Positions 39,431 through 54,530 of a DNA stretch of 64,000 bases are shown one piece after another. Below the pieces are notes generated by a model. It did not search any database, was not told the origin of the DNA, and worked only from the letters and a program-made list of their open reading frames with translations. Position numbers and translations under genes: made by a program. Positions within the stretch are counted from its first letter, which is position 1. Each line of letters begins with the position of its first letter. Source of the DNA: Paraspadella gotoi (Eukaryota > Animalia > Chaetognatha); contig CM119264.1 in assembly GCA_051294375.1 (NCBI GenBank), positions 7,628,151 through 7,692,150 on the forward strand, written 5' to 3'.

Positions 39431-40101
39431 GTAGAGAGGCTTAGGAGAGAAATGAAAGAGGGAGAGAGATAAAGTAATCTTAAAGATAAAGGGAGAAAAG
39501 GAAAAGGAAAGTAAAAGGGGAGAGGGAAAATAGGGAATTCAAAAATTTGATGGAAAATTGATACTAAATAATTATTATATTGGTTGTACTAGTTTCATAG
39601 GAAGGAGAATATGAAAATAACCTAAAGAGATAATAAGCGTTGAGGAAAAACAGAAATGAGAGAAAACGAGGAATAAATTTGGTGGATCGAGACTAACGAG
39701 ACGAAAACAAATTTGGCCTCATTTATTTCCTTTTTTTGGGGCAGAAGCTGAAACGGTCATTTATGCAGCATCATCATTTATCGAACAACAACATCGAATC
39801 GTTTATGGCTAAATAATTGCTTGCGTCAACCAAAATCTCAGATTGCATCTGCTAAAAAGAATCACAAATAAACAAGCTTGAACTCATCAAGCAAAAAAAT
39901 AAAATAAAAAAAGCCCCCCCAAAAAAAAAAACCCCATAAAAACCGGAGACAGAAAACGACCACGGCCAGCATCGCGTCCGGCCAAACCATTTTCGGTCAA
40001 AAACGGAAATAACGTTTTCGCCCACTTTTAGGTATCAGCTTTCAATTTTCCGCTTCGTCCATTCCTGGCAATAATGTCAAAATGTTTTTTCTTCCCTCTC
40101 G

Positions 40102-40181
<80 letters not shown>

Positions 40182-41248
40182 TTCTTCTTTTTCTTCTCTC
40201 ATCTCTCAGCAATATTCTTCTCTTTCTTCCAGCCTTTTTCGACGATTTCGTGCTCATGTTCGTGGCACGTAGTAACAGGGAGCCTACAGAGGGGTGGCGA
40301 GCGTCTCAATGGCGCACCCAGACTCCGTGGGTTTGGAATGAGGCTTAAGTCCGTACGGAGTCATTACTGCCGAGGGACGGCTATTGACCTATTGGGTATT
40401 CATACTTTTACAATCGCGTATATTGCTAATCAGTTGCAACTTAGAACACTTATTGCTCTTTGAGCAGTTGATGGGAACAACCGAAAGAAAAAGCTTCCGA
40501 GCTCTACACAGTGTTTTACGTTATACTTTAATTAGAACACATATAAATTTAATTCATTTGTTGATTCTTTTCTAACTCATGACTTTATCTTTAACAGTGA
40601 CTATTTTGGTGACTTTGTTGTCTACTACGAATTATTTTATATTCTAAAATAGTTAAATAAAATTATTATTTTATATAATTTTAATATTTTTTTGTTTGTC
40701 TGGTTTTAAAATTGTTTTTACAAATTTTTTACTATATGAAAGCGACTGCCATTTCTGCGTGTCGTCATCTCAGGCTTTTTTTCTTCCTTACTTTCTTTTT
40801 TCTTTTTCCTTCTTTTATTTCCTTCCCCCAATTTTTCTGTCTCCGTCTTCCGTCTCCTATTTTTATGTCTCTACATATCGGTGTCCATTTTTCGAGCCAC
40901 CTCGAAACGACCGGCGTGAGCGCTTCACGATTCTCCGGGGCGCGCCCATCACCTCGTGAGACTCTCAAAGTTCGTCCAACTCTCGCCCAATATCGGCGCT
41001 CAAAACGACGAAAAATTAAAGACTAATTTTGAGCTTGTTTTTTGGCTTTTTTGCTCCTGACCTCCATAGAAAAAAGCATTAAAAAAATTAACTCGTTTGA
41101 ATTGTTCACACTCAATTAAAGCTTAAGTTTTGTCCATATTATAGCGACCAAAACATTTTGAAGGCGCGCCCAAGCCGAGGCCAGCGATCGGTGCCACGCC
41201 CCAAACGACCTTTTTCGTTGCGGNNNNNNNNNNNNNNNNNNNNNNNNN

Positions 41249-44090
41249 GATCATAGAGCAGACATGATACTTAGGTAAAACGGAATTGAGGGAATATAAA
41301 GGGTAATAGAACAGAGGGAACTCTTGAAGGAAAAAAGAAGCGAGATGCATAGATTAAGAGGAACGCAGAGGGGACTTATATAAAAGGATAATTATAGAAT
41401 ATGCGCTATCTAGTAAAATAGAACGCGTTGGAGTATAAAAGCAAACATCGAAGATAAGGCGCAATCTTAATAGCGCACAAGAGTTTAAGAGATTAAAAAG
41501 AATAAATAATGGCAGAGAGGACGAGGAAAACGCACTCAATCAGATGAAGAGGACATAGGAGAGAAATGAATAGGAGCAGCAGACTAACGTATGCATTAAC
41601 GATACAAGGGAGAAAAGCGACACACAGCGAACAGGAAAAAGGGGATAGGAAAATAAGGGAATCTGCAAGGCAACTGTGTACCGTAGGAGAATGGATACTA
41701 AATTAATTACTCCATCACTCCTGGATTTTCGCTATTCTCACGTATTCTCACTCATGGCAAGCGAATCAGATATGAAAACTACACTAAAAGAGACTAATAG
41801 AGCGTAGACGCGGAAAACAAAATGACCGAGAAACGAGGACAATACAATATTGGCATACGACTCGAGACCTAACGAGACCGAACAACAAATTCCATATCGG
41901 CCATCATCTTATCTTCCCTCCTTTTTTCATAGTGCACGCATTCATGCTAATTCCTCTCTTCCGCTGCACTTAGACGAGTAACATTTCTATGCGCCGCCAA
42001 TATAATCACCATTTATCCGAACCACACACATCTAACTTATAATCGAGGAGGACCTAAGCTACATCTGCTTTATAGGTCAACCAGTACATGATAACTTATC
42101 AATTGCACTCTGCATACGCAACCCAACGAATCATCAAAAAATGGAAGTATACCCAAAAGCCACTCTGGGAACAGGAGACAAAACAAGAAACCAAAAAAAA
42201 TAAAATAGCAAATAAAGGACTATAACAAAAAATTTTAAACAGGCCCTCGTTCCCATTCTTCGGGATCCCTACCCACAAACAAAAAAACCAAATCAACGGG
42301 GCGGAAAACGCGGAGACAAGAAAACTGGACCCACCGCAAGCACGGGCCGTCGGGATCATCGAAAAAAAGATGGCCGGTCGATCAGGAGCAATCGCGTCCG
42401 GCCAGAACCATCTTTCGGTCAAAAATCGGGAAACCCTAACGGTTTCGCCGGTGCACCCCTTTAAGGTTATCGGGACACGCTTTCAATTTTTCCCGCTCCA
42501 TCCATTCCTGTCTAATAATGTCAAAACCTGTTGGTTTTTCTCTCCTCCTCTGGCTTTCTCTGTCTCACTCTTTCACTCTCTCTCTCCTCTCCCTACTCCT
42601 CGTCGAATCCGCTCTTCTCTCGTCCTATCTCTCCTCATCGCTGATCACTAGACTCTCTCCCTCATGTCACTCGTCATTTCTTCACCCTTCTGTCTTCCTT
42701 TCTATACCTATTAGCTGACTCTCTCTCTTCTTCTTTTTTTTACTCTCATCTCTCAGTCCTCATTCTTTTCTTTTTCTTTCTCCATTCTCCAGTCGCTTTC
42801 TCTCGCACGATTTGCCGTGCTTTTCTCATGTTCGGGCACCGTAGTAACAGGGAGGCTTTACAGAGGCGGTTGGCGAGCGTCTCAACTGGCGCCACCGTCA
42901 ACTACCGTGAGGTTTAGGAATGAGGCTTATAGCTCCGCTACAGAGTCATTACTGCGCGAGGAGCGGCTACTTGAGCCTAATTGGGTATTCATAACTTTTA
43001 AATCGCGGCGGTAATGTGTCTAATCAGTTGGCAGACTTAGAACCACTTATTGCTCTTTGGAGCAGATTGATGGGAACAACCGGAAAAAGCCAAAGTTCGA
43101 GCTCTAACACAGTGTTACGATTACTTTAATAGAACTACATAAAATTTAATTCCATTTTTGATTCTTTTCTCTCCATGACTTTTATTTTAACTGACTATTT
43201 TGGGTGACTCTTCGTTGTCTACACGAATTATGTTTATATTGCTAAAATAGTTAAAATAGAAAATGAAAAGTAATGCAGTGGTAATTTCTGAGAGAGCGTA
43301 TTTTCTCGTTTCTATGCTGTTTTTATCATTTTTATTTTAACAATTTTATTTATTACCTTATATGTGGAGGGGAATGCAAGGCACCCACTCCGCCAATTGT
43401 TCTCGTTATGCGTGTCGTCATGCTCTACCGCTACGGGCCGTCGGGAGAAGGGACTCGGAGCCCAAGCTGGGCTTTGTTTTCTCTTACCTGCCTGACCCGA
43501 GGGTCTTTGTTTTCTTCCTGTTTTCGCGTTCTTCCCCTTATTCTCCCTGCTCCTCTTCATTTATTTCTTGTCTCCCTTCTTCCGTCTCCATCATTTTTCA
43601 CCTGTATCTACATATCGTGTCATTGGTCGCTGTCGAGCGCGAACCCAGCGCGTAACCACGCCGATGCGGTGACACGGGCGGGTGGTGCCGGAGTTTTGCT
43701 GCCCGGGGCGCGCCATCAGCGATTAGTCCCACCCGGTCGTGAGGAGCGGCTACAACGTTACATACCAACCTCTCAGCCCAGGGATATTCTCCGCGATAAA
43801 CGAAGGCTAAAAATTAAAGTCTAAATTTTAAGCTTGTTCTTTTGTTTGGCCTGTTTTATTGAGCTCCTGACCCCTAGGCCGATAGAAATTAAACGCATAG
43901 AAAACAAATTAATAGCACGTTGATTCGTGCAAGCACTGCAAGGTGTAAAGGCCTTAAGTTCTTTGTCCATAATATAGCGTTTACCTCAAAACATTTTGGA
44001 AGGCTCGCGCGACGCGCAGAGCTGCGAGGCGTTCTTCCCAGCGATCTTGCGGCATAGCACGCCCGCAAACGCTGACACGCATTTTTCGGT
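41249..44090 (+). other. Error-rich direct duplicate of 39175-41223 (probable assembly artefact)
   Basis: Collinear with the preceding 2 kb but expanded by scattered small insertions. Starts right after a 25-N gap. Confidence 0.85.
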
Positions 44091-46175
44091 TGCGATGGAG
44101 TTCTGATTTCTGCCTCTTTCTCTCGGATGCGTAGCGTCGGAACAGAGCCTCATTAGGACAGGGACGAATCACCATCGGATTGGTAGAAAATGGACCATAT
44201 CAAAAGACATGAGAGCATGGAGGAAGGACATAAAGAAAAAGAACAGTTTTATGCTAAAATATGTGTAAATGAAATGAATGAGCAGAAGGAAATGCAAAAG
44301 ATGACACAGAAGGAATTTAACTAAAGTGAGATTGAATGCCCTTGATACGATACTGTTACAGCTGAAGAAAAGGACAACAATATTCTTATGGAGGCAAAGA
44401 ATATCATCATGGCAAAATAACGACAGCATAAGGAGAAAAAGAAAGGGGACGAGGGAGGCTTGCTGATACTCGGAGTCACAGGGTTTAGCAATGAGAATCT
44501 CCATTTTTCCCAAATGTAGCGTATTTCGCCTTAAAAGAGGTCAATTAGGCCCCTGGAGGTCCCAGGTTTTTACTCTGGAAGAATCCTTGACGATATATGT
44601 CCTCTATCTTTTGTCAGTCTGTCTGTCTGTTTATCCGTGCACAATTTACATTTTTGAATACATGACAACTGACAAGTAATACGAGCTCTTTGCTTAGGAT
44701 TGTTTAATTTCTGTATCTATCATTCATATTTATCTTAATTCTCTCTCTCTCTCTCTCTCTCNNNNNNNNNNNNNNNNNNNNNNNNNNNNNNNNNNNNNNN
44801 NNNNNNNNNNNNNNNNNNNNNNNNNNNNNNNNNNNNNNNNNNNNNNNNNNNNNNNNNNNNNNNNNTCTCTCTCTCTCTCTCTCTCTTGAGAGTGAGTTTC
44901 GTATTTCCGCCGCGCCCGTAGACTAAAGGGGAGAAAAACGCCGATTAGTATGCAGAGCTGTATTTTCGGCCTAATTAAATTACGTCGCTTGGATGAGCTG
45001 GTTTCCAATATTTATGATATGCACAAGTACACATTTCATTTTAGCCGGAACCCTTAGGAGAAAGTAGAAAGGTAGTGAGAATAAGAGTGGGNNNNNNNNN
45101 NNNNNNNNNNNNNNNNNNNNNNNNNNNNNNNNNNNNNNNNNNNNNNNNNNNNNNNNNNNNNNNNNNNNNNNNNNNNNNNNNNNNNNNNNNNNNNNNNNNN
45201 NNNNNNNNNNNNNNNNNNNNNNNNNNNNNNNNNNNNNNNNNNNNNNNNNNNNNNNNNNNNNNNNNNNNNNNNNNNNNNNNNNNNNNNNNNNNNNNNNNNN
45301 NNNNNNNNNNNNNNNNNNAAGGAAGATGTGAAAAACCTGGAATGTAGGGCGAAACGATTAGCGCGGATTCTTCGTCCCCGATTCGCTGCGGGTTCGAGGC
45401 CCGACAGAAATCTGTCCGCTTGTCCGCGAATATGAATTATGAAAATGAGAAAATGATATGTCGTTGATGTTGTGGTTTCGCTGGTGAGACGAACTTCGAC
45501 CCTTAATCTGAACACAAACTTTAACCCATGCATTGCAAGTCGAAGCGAATCTACGTAACTAACGAAAATTTAATAATAAGCAATTATCAGGAGATCTGGC
45601 ATGATATCTTCACACATCTAATACGAAATTCTATAGAAACAGATATTTCGACTGATGCATGTAGACCTTCATGCATTCTTTGATTATTAAATTGGTACAA
45701 ATTGTTAACTCGTATAAGCGCATGATAGGAGCGAGGAGAAATGTTTCCAACCTCTCAGCGATTCTCACTTCCAGCCCTGACTTATTGACGTATCGTTTAT
45801 ATCTCTCCGAAGAAAAAATCGAACCCGGAACCCTCTGGTCGCCAAGAGAACGACGAACGCTCTGCTCCACGAGGGAGAATTCAGGACGAAGGGAAAGAGA
45901 GCGAAATGAAAACTTGTTACAAACGAAGCGGAAATGAAGTGAAGGAACCGAATCGCCTCGCTGGAGTCGAAGAGGAGCAGAGGCGTCGCATACAAAGCGA
46001 TCGGGGTAGCGGGAGGAGGAGTCATTGGCGTCGTCGTCGTTGTCGTCTTCGTCGTCGTCGTCGTTGGCGTCGGCGTCGTGGAGGAAATCGACGACCAGAG
46101 AATAAATGGATAAATCAAGGCTTTGGAGGAGAATGAGAGAATGAGAAGTAGAGAGAGGAGAGAAGAGAGAGAGAG

Positions 46176-46220
<45 letters not shown>

Positions 46221-46224
46221 GAGA

Positions 46225-46255
<31 letters not shown>

Positions 46256-49200
46256 TGGTTTCTGGACTGGCGTTCGTTAGATCTTGCGATTGAAACGCAG
46301 CGGGGAGAGAGAGCATGAGTTGAATCGTCAGGGAATGGGAAGTAGAGCGTGAAAAGTGTCTTTAGCTCAGCGAGGGAATGGCCGAGAAGATTTTTAGAAT
46401 CCGGTTTGCACGATCCATAGTAAACAATAGTGCAAAAAAAACATGTACGTAAATTACATTACATTAGATTATACATATGATTATATTTAGAGTTATCCAA
46501 ACAATTATCTTTGAAGTGGCTAAAAGAAGTCTGTAAGTAATATGCGAAAGATAAGGTAGGAAAAAAAAACTGAAAGTGATTAATGATGTGAAGATAAGTT
46601 ATGGTGAAGGGGAACAAAATTTTCAAATACTCTGAATGAGAGAAGGATAGTAATAAACCGTGAAAGAAGGAATTGTGTGTAAAAGGAAGTATAAAGGCAA
46701 TTTCGTTGATGTATGACAATTGAAAGGCAATTGCAGTCAAACTTTAAAGAGATAAGATAGCTCTAAAAAGAGATAAAATTGCGATGGGACTGTAAGAAGG
46801 TGAGTTGATAAAAGNNNNNNNNNNNNNNNNNNNNNNNNNCTTTAATATTCTCCTCTATCTCTTCTACTCATCCTCTCTTCTCTCTCTCTCTCTTCCCTCT
46901 CCTTCTCTCTCTTCCCTCTCTCTTCCTCTCTCTCTCTCTCTTCTCTCTTCTCTCTCTCTCTCTCCGCGACATTTCCCGGTTCACACTTCTCTCATCTAGC
47001 CCCCCCCCCTCTTCCTTCCTTCCACAGCTACTTCCTTTTATCAACTCACTTCTTGCCCTCGCCTATGCATTCTTCTGTTTTGAGCTATCTTCTCTCTTAA
47101 ATTGACTGCAATGGCCTTTCATTGTCATACATCAACGAAAATTGCCTTTAATTATCTTTTACACACAATTCCTTCTTCACGGTTTATATCCTTCTCCATT
47201 CAGAGTATTTGAAAATTTTGTTCCCCTTCACCATACTTATCTTCACATCATTACAACTTTCAGTTTTTTTCTCCCTTATCTTTCGCATATTACCTACAGA
47301 CTTCTTTTAGCCACTTCAAAGAATCATGTTGGATAACTCTAAATATAATCATATGTATAATCTAATGTAATGTAATTTACGTACATGTTTTTGCCTATTG
47401 TTTACTATGGTCGTGCAAACCGATTCTAAAAATCTTTCGGTTCTGGGTGGTGATTTCACTTATCCCCGCTTCCTGGCCGCTTGTGTTCTCTATGATCTGA
47501 GCCTTTACTTCTTTCTTCTTTTCCATTCTTTTTCTTTTCGATTTACCAAAACACTTAACTTCATCCGCCCTCTTCCTTTCTGTCCGTCCAAGCAAAACCC
47601 ACCCATCACTCACACTTCCTCCATTCCCCCGCCCTTCCTCCGACCTCCTTCGCTGCCCTATACCCTCTTCGCCGTATTCCCACCAACCCCTCTCTCCTCG
47701 CTCCAATCTACATCCCTCCTCTCGTCCCTCCTCTCCTTTCTTAACCCCCCTCACCTCCCCGCTCCTCTTCTCCACCCTCTTCACATTTCACACTCCCGTG
47801 CCCCACTTCCCCCACTGCTCCTCGCAACTCACCCCCGCCACACCTCATGCCGCGCAGTCTGACTCATCACACCATCTGCATCCAAACTGAGAGCTCTGCA
47901 CCTTATTTCGTACCCACTGATTTCCCGCCGCCCTCTTCTTCTCTTCATGCTCTCTCTTCTGGGCTATTTACTTGAGGGTTTGCTATTTCCTTTACTTCCT
48001 TTATTCGGTCCTCCAGTTATATATACCGCTAAACAACTCTAACATTCAAATCCCTTCTCCCCTTCTTTCTTATCTATTCTTCTCTCCTCAACACTCCTTT
48101 TTTTTCCGTAACGTCTCATTCCTTCTCTTTGCCCCTTTCTTTTTTCCTGCCATCCCTTTCTTCACCTCAGCACTCATGCCCCATTCCCGTCTGACCATCC
48201 CGACTTCACCTTCTCCCTGTTCGGGTTCTTTCTCTCCCTTCTCTTCTTTTCCTTCTCTTCTTTCCCTTTCTCTTTCTTCTTCCCTGCTTACTTCCCTTCC
48301 TACCTCTCGGGTTTTTATCTCTCTTCAGATCCTTTCAAATTTCCCCTAACGGGCGTATCCCCTTACCTTTAACTGCCCTGACTTGACCTATTTGTTTTCT
48401 TCCCTTCTCCCCCCCCCTCCTCTCTTGCCTTCTCTCTTCCTCTCCTTTTTTTTCTTCTTCCCTCCTCCTCTCCTTTTTCTCCCTTCTCCTCCCTCACCCT
48501 CCTCCTCCTTCTCTCTCTCTTTCCCCCTCTTCCCCTTCTCTCTCTCTTCTCTCTCTCTCCTCCCTCCTCCTCTCCTTCATCCCTCCTCCCTTCTTCCCTC
48601 CTCCCCTCTTCCTTTCCCGCTTCCCCCGCTCCTCTCTCTGCCTCCCCCTCTTCTCTCTCTCTCCTTCCCTCTCCCTCTCCCCTCCTCTTCCTCTCTCCCC
48701 TCCCCTTTTTTTCCTCCCCCCTCCTCTCCCTCTCTCCTCCTGCCCTCCTCCTCCTCTTCCTCTCTCCTCTCTCCCCCTCTTCCCCCTTCCCCGGTCCCCC
48801 CCCCCCTCCTCTCCCTTCCCCCCCCCCTCCTTCCCCCCTCCCTTCTCCCCCCTCCCCCCCCCCTTCCCCCCTCCCCCCTCCCCCTCCCCTCTCCGCCCTC
48901 CTTTTTTCCCCCTCTCCCTTCTCCCCTCTCTCCACTTCTCCCTCCCCCCCTCCCCTCCCCTCCCCCACCCCCCCCCTTCCTCTCCCCCCCCCCCCCCCTC
49001 CCCCTCTCTCCCCTCCCCCCGCCCCTCCTCTTCCCCATCCCCCCCCCCCTCCCCCCCTTCAAACTACACGGCAGCTGCCCCACACGCCGTGTGTATACCC
49101 CAGCACACAGTGCATGAAGGTACGAGGAGGCCAGGTCAGCAGGCAGCGCACGACCCCCACATATCAACGGACGCCGCCAACGGAGAACCCTCACACAAAT

Positions 49201-49723
49201 ATAGGGGAGGATTGCCGACTGAGGAAATCTTAATTCAGTGGAGACATCGATGAATGTAGTTGGGAATCGCGACGGCGAACGTTTTTATTTTTAAAAAAGG
49301 ATTTTTAATTCTTTTAAAAAAATGAATGTAAAGGAGAATGTTTTACATTAGAAGAGTTTAAATGGAGAAACGTTTTTTAAGAAAGATATTACGTTTTGAG
49401 TAAAACGGGACAGCGTCCAAGTGGAACTGGCGTTGGCTTTTCTTTTTTAAAGGGTTTATTTTTCTTGGTCCAAAATATTCCGTTGACGTTAAAAATCATA
49501 TTAATCTGTTTACTCTCTCTTCTCTTCTCTGCTCCTCTCTTCATCTCTCTCTTCTCACTCTCTCTCTCTCTCATCTCTCTCTCTCTCTGCTCTTCTTTTC
49601 TCTTCTTCTCTCTCTCTCTCTTCGTTTTTTCTCCCCTGAATACGAATGGGATGTCTATTTCTTTATTACTCTGTTATTGTGACGGAGATTGCCTGGAGAG
49701 AATGTAAAGACAGCAGCGAGAGA

Positions 49724-49771
<48 letters not shown>

Positions 49772-51902
49772 ACACGCGCAACCTGAGCGCTACTGTACCA
49801 GAAGACGTCGCGTAATATCGTTGGACGTCTAAATCTTACAATAATGATTGGGGCAATTCCTCTTGGCGTCTTTCCGCGGGGGGAAAAGAATGGCGGATGA
49901 TGACAATAAAGAGAGAGGATAAGAAGAGAGAGAGAGAGAGGGAGAGGGAGTAGAGGAGGTAGAGAGAGAGAGAGAGTGGAGAGGAGAGAGAGAAGAGGAG
50001 AGAGAAGAAAGAGAGAAAAGAGAGACAAACTCATAGAATAGGACACGAAACAAAGGGATAGAAGGAAAAACTACTTTGATCGAATTCAACTCCAATTGCG
50101 GTGAATTTTTTTTATTTTCATTCAGTTTCATTCACTCAGTTTTTTGCTTCACTAGTCATATTCTTCATTATCTTCACAAAGAGTTATCATGATCGATGGC
50201 AGTATATCAGTCGGCGATGACGTAGATGACAGTGGGTAGGCCGACAGACAAGACAGACTGACATTTAGATGGATAGACAAACAGGCAGTATAATGTACGA
50301 AAATTTTAGACAGACCTTTTCGACAAAAAAAAGGCATGAAATTCATAAAAAAAAACATAAAAAAAGAAAAAAGCCGGCGAAACGTTTTTTACTCCCGCAA
50401 CTGACGCAGAGTCCGCGAAACTTGTCTAAACGCGATTGAATTTTTCATTCTCGAGGAATCTGTTTATGGTTTCTCCTTTCTTGTTACCGTTTAATGTTTT
50501 TTTTTTTTTGTTTTCCCCGCGGGAGAAAAAAAATGAGGAGGACTCCAGCGGTCGACCTAATGAAAAGAGAGAACAGGTGGCTTTCACCAGATGCCAAAGG
50601 GGACTCGTGGACAGGTGCATGAAAGATGAGCGAAACGAAACGAAACGAAAGAAGATGCAGGAGTATGGTTAGGAGTATGGATAGGGTCATATTTGGCGGG
50701 GGGGTGTGGGTTTTGAACTGTCGCAGTTTGGGCTTTTCGACGAAAAGGACCGAATGAAAAAAAGATGTTTGGAACTGAGGATATTGAAAATCCAATTCGT
50801 TCTCAAGATCTCCAAGGATTTAAAATACCGTTTTTAATAGTCTAACTTCCTTTACAAGGAATTACAAAAAACGTAAACAGATGGCGGGGAAAGGTAGTCA
50901 ATTTATACGACTAAATTACAATGAACTTCTCTTTTTTTTTGAGCTGTAAAGAAAGTTAACTAACGGAGACAAATGGCCGATAATAAACTCGGCCGACTGA
51001 GTTGAAGTCTTTCAACTCGAGCGACGATAAAAATAAAACAAACTGCGAAAGCGATTTGCTCCCGCGTTCGTCGCACTATGAGAAACCCATATTTCATTCT
51101 TGTTTTTCACCGCGTGAAGGGACGCCTATTCAGTGAATTCAAGGGAGAAAGTGAGCCGAGTTTTTCGTAGGCAGTTTTAACTTTTAAAGAAAAATAGAGG
51201 AAATAAAGTCAGTTTACAAAAAAGAATTTAAATATAGAGAAATGGCTTAAAACCTTCAGGTTTGCATGGATGATTAAAATAAAAAGTTAAAAACTTTCAA
51301 TACACTGTGATCAGAATCGGTAAAAGGATTTTAAACAATATTTTAAGGTTGGTTGGGTTGAATTAGACTATATACAAAAAAACTGATAAAGCTCATCACA
51401 CACACGGCCAAAGCAAGGACGACTTGTCTGATGAAACGAATGAAATGAATGAGATTCGTTGGGGAATCGAATTTAGATTTGCATTTTGTCGAGTTTTCAA
51501 GGATTTTTAAAGAAAGAAAGAGAGAGAGAGAGAGAGAAAGCGAGAGAGAGAGAGAGAGAGAGAGAGAGGTTAATACAATTATTCTATCAGAGGGTAAACA
51601 AAGTACGAGCTCACACACAAGAGTTGAACCTGAAAGAAGAAAAATTACGCGAAAGGAAAAAGGCGGAAAATAGCAGCCATAAAAGGAGAAAAAGCGTCAG
51701 ACGAGTTCAACGCTCTCGAAGATAACGACGCAGGAAGAAATATTGATTATTGATGAGAGGGAGAGAGAGAGAGACAGATAGAGAGAGAAAGTGAAAGAGA
51801 GAGAATGTGTGTGTTTCTAAACGCCTCGTTTGAATGAAAAAGTTTTTTAGTGAGGTTATTAAGATTTATTTTTACGATTATAACAGTAGAATAGAGAAAA
51901 GA

Positions 51903-51963
<61 letters not shown>

Positions 51964-52189
51964 TCGAAATGCCGAAATCCGTGGCGTGGTTTATTCTTTC
52001 ATAGTTTCTTCTCTTGGCGCAAAACGCGGGAATAATTTTCATCCGAAGAATCCCGGATGTAGCCCCGTATGTGGGAGGAAGTCAATGGCGAGGATCGCGA
52101 TTTCTTTTTTTAGTCCAGCGCGGGTTGTCGTCGTTTTTGTTCTTATCGTCGTCGCTTTCCTCGTCCCGGGTCAGGTGAGAGCCAAGGCT

Positions 52190-52745
<556 letters not shown>

Positions 52746-53699
52746 GNNNNNNNNNNNNNNNNNNNNNNNNNNNNNNNNNNNNNNNNNNNNNNNNNNNNNN
52801 NNNNNNNNNNNNNNNNNNNNNNNNNNNNNNNNNNNNNNNNNNNNNNNNNNNNNNNNNNNNNNNNNNNNNNNNNNNNNNNNNNNNNNNNNNNNNNNNNNNN
52901 NNNNNNNNNNNNNNNNNNNNNNNNNNNNNNNNNNNNNNNNNNNNNNNNNNNNNNNNNAAAAAAATTAATATTATCTCTTTTGAGATTGTCAAGTCATTCT
53001 GTGAAAAGGTTTCTCTAAAAATATTATCATTAATTTTTAATAAACAATAAAGTTTTCTTTTGATATTTCACCCTGCACGAAATATAAGAACCAATAAAAC
53101 CTCTACATAATATTAAGAAAACAATGAAAAAAATATCAGCGTTCGTCAGATTTTAAATAATTGCTTCAAACTGTATTGTTTATACGGCGCCTTGGCTTTC
53201 GTCAGGTATTTTTTTTTCTTGCACCGACATTTCTCGCTTTAAAAAATAAAAAATTAATATGGATGGAAAACAAATGATAATCAGCCAATTAATTTAACCT
53301 TTGGGAATTTCAATTTCGAATGATTTTTCGTTGGTTCTGCTTACAGCAGATCTCGGCTCTATAATTCACTTTGTCCGTCCGTCGGTCCACCCCCACAATC
53401 TTGTCAGAATCATCTCACAATATCGAATTATGATAAATTATGCAAAAAAAATTGAGATCCGTCCGCCGGCCGTCCATCCGTATGTGGGTAAGAAACTGTG
53501 CGATTGAGCTGGAAATCAAGTTTTGATGGAATCAACTAAGTGGAAATGAGATTATTTTTTATTAAAGCAAGTTGCAATAATTATTCAAACAATAAAAAAA
53601 AATTTAATCAATTAATTTATAAATCAACCAATTAATTATTCAATTAATTTATGAATCAACTAATCAATTCATTTATTTATCAATCAATTATTAAAATAA

Positions 53700-54150
53700 C
53701 TAATTAATTAATTAATCAATCAATCAAACAATGTTAGAATTATCATTGTCGTCGTCGCCATCATCATCGTTCTTTCTTTTGTCGTGATCAGTGACCTGAC
53801 AAAAATATTTAAAAACAAACAGGTTTGTAATGTTTGTTAACTCAATGGCTGATATGAATTTTATTTAATTTAATAACTAGTTAATTAATCAATCAATCAT
53901 TTAATTAATCTTGACGGTGTTATGGTCGTCGTCGTCATCATCATCATCATGGTCTTCGTTTCTTTTGTAATAACGAAAAGACAAAAAGACTTAAAAACAA
54001 ACACGTTTTATCAAACAATCCCGGAACTGATCAGTTACTTAATTATTCAATCAATTAATCAATTATTCAATCAATCAATAAAAAAATCAATCAATCAGTC
54101 AATTAGTTATCATCGGTGTTATCATTTTCGTGGTCGCCATCATTAATTAT
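53700..54150 (+). repeat. Degenerate tandem repeat with a period of about 180-190 bp (2.5 units)
   Basis: aatcaatcaatca...ttatc/gg..gtcgtcg(c/t)catcat...tttcttttgt...ttaaaaacaaaca recurs near 53710, 53890 and 54085. Confidence 0.6.
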
Positions 54151-54287
54151 TTAATTTAATCATTCAATTAAATAATTTATTAATTATAAATTAAAAAATT
54201 TACTATTTCATTATGCTTTTTTATAATGCTCGATTTTTTTTCTCATATTATAAAATTATGATATAAGTTATGTTATAAACTAAATTT

Positions 54288-54329
54288 AACGCTAATGAAG
54301 ACTTAAATGCAAGCCGAAACATGTCCGTT
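54288..54329 (+). ncRNA. Degenerate minimal type-I hammerhead ribozyme (Penelope/retrozyme type)
   Basis: aacg CTaATGA a gactt aaatgc aagcc GAAAC at GTC cgtt. Stem I is aacg/cgtt, stem II has one mismatch, and stem III is the palindrome ACATGT. The core carries a G5-to-A change. AATAAA lies just downstream. Confidence 0.6.
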
Positions 54330-54363
54330 TTTCTTCTGAAAAATAAAAATCGTTGTCGAAATT

Positions 54364-54530
54364 AATTTTCAAACTCTGATTTTATTCCTTTAATTAATTA
54401 ATATGTAATCAATTAAATAATTTATTATTTTTCAATTAATTAATTAATTAATAATTTTCAAACTCTGATTTTATTCCTTTAATTAATTAATATGTAATCA
54501 ATTAAATAATTTATTATTTTTTAATTAATT
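54364..54530 (+). repeat. Near-perfect tandem duplication with an 89-bp period
   Basis: aattttcaaactctgattttattcctttaattaattaatatgtaatc starts at both 54364 and 54453. Confidence 0.9.

Noticed and set aside
46380-47440. Large foldback or TIR transposon
   Set aside because: The arms differ mainly by indels and flank a 25-N gap, which an assembly artefact explains better.
48369-49194. 200-244 aa Pro-rich and Gly/Glu/Arg-rich ORFs
   Set aside because: Aperiodic C/T-only sequence typical of a low-quality read segment. It is stop-free because of its composition.
51428-51460. CTGATGA...GAAA hammerhead candidate
   Set aside because: No stem I pairing and no credible stem III.
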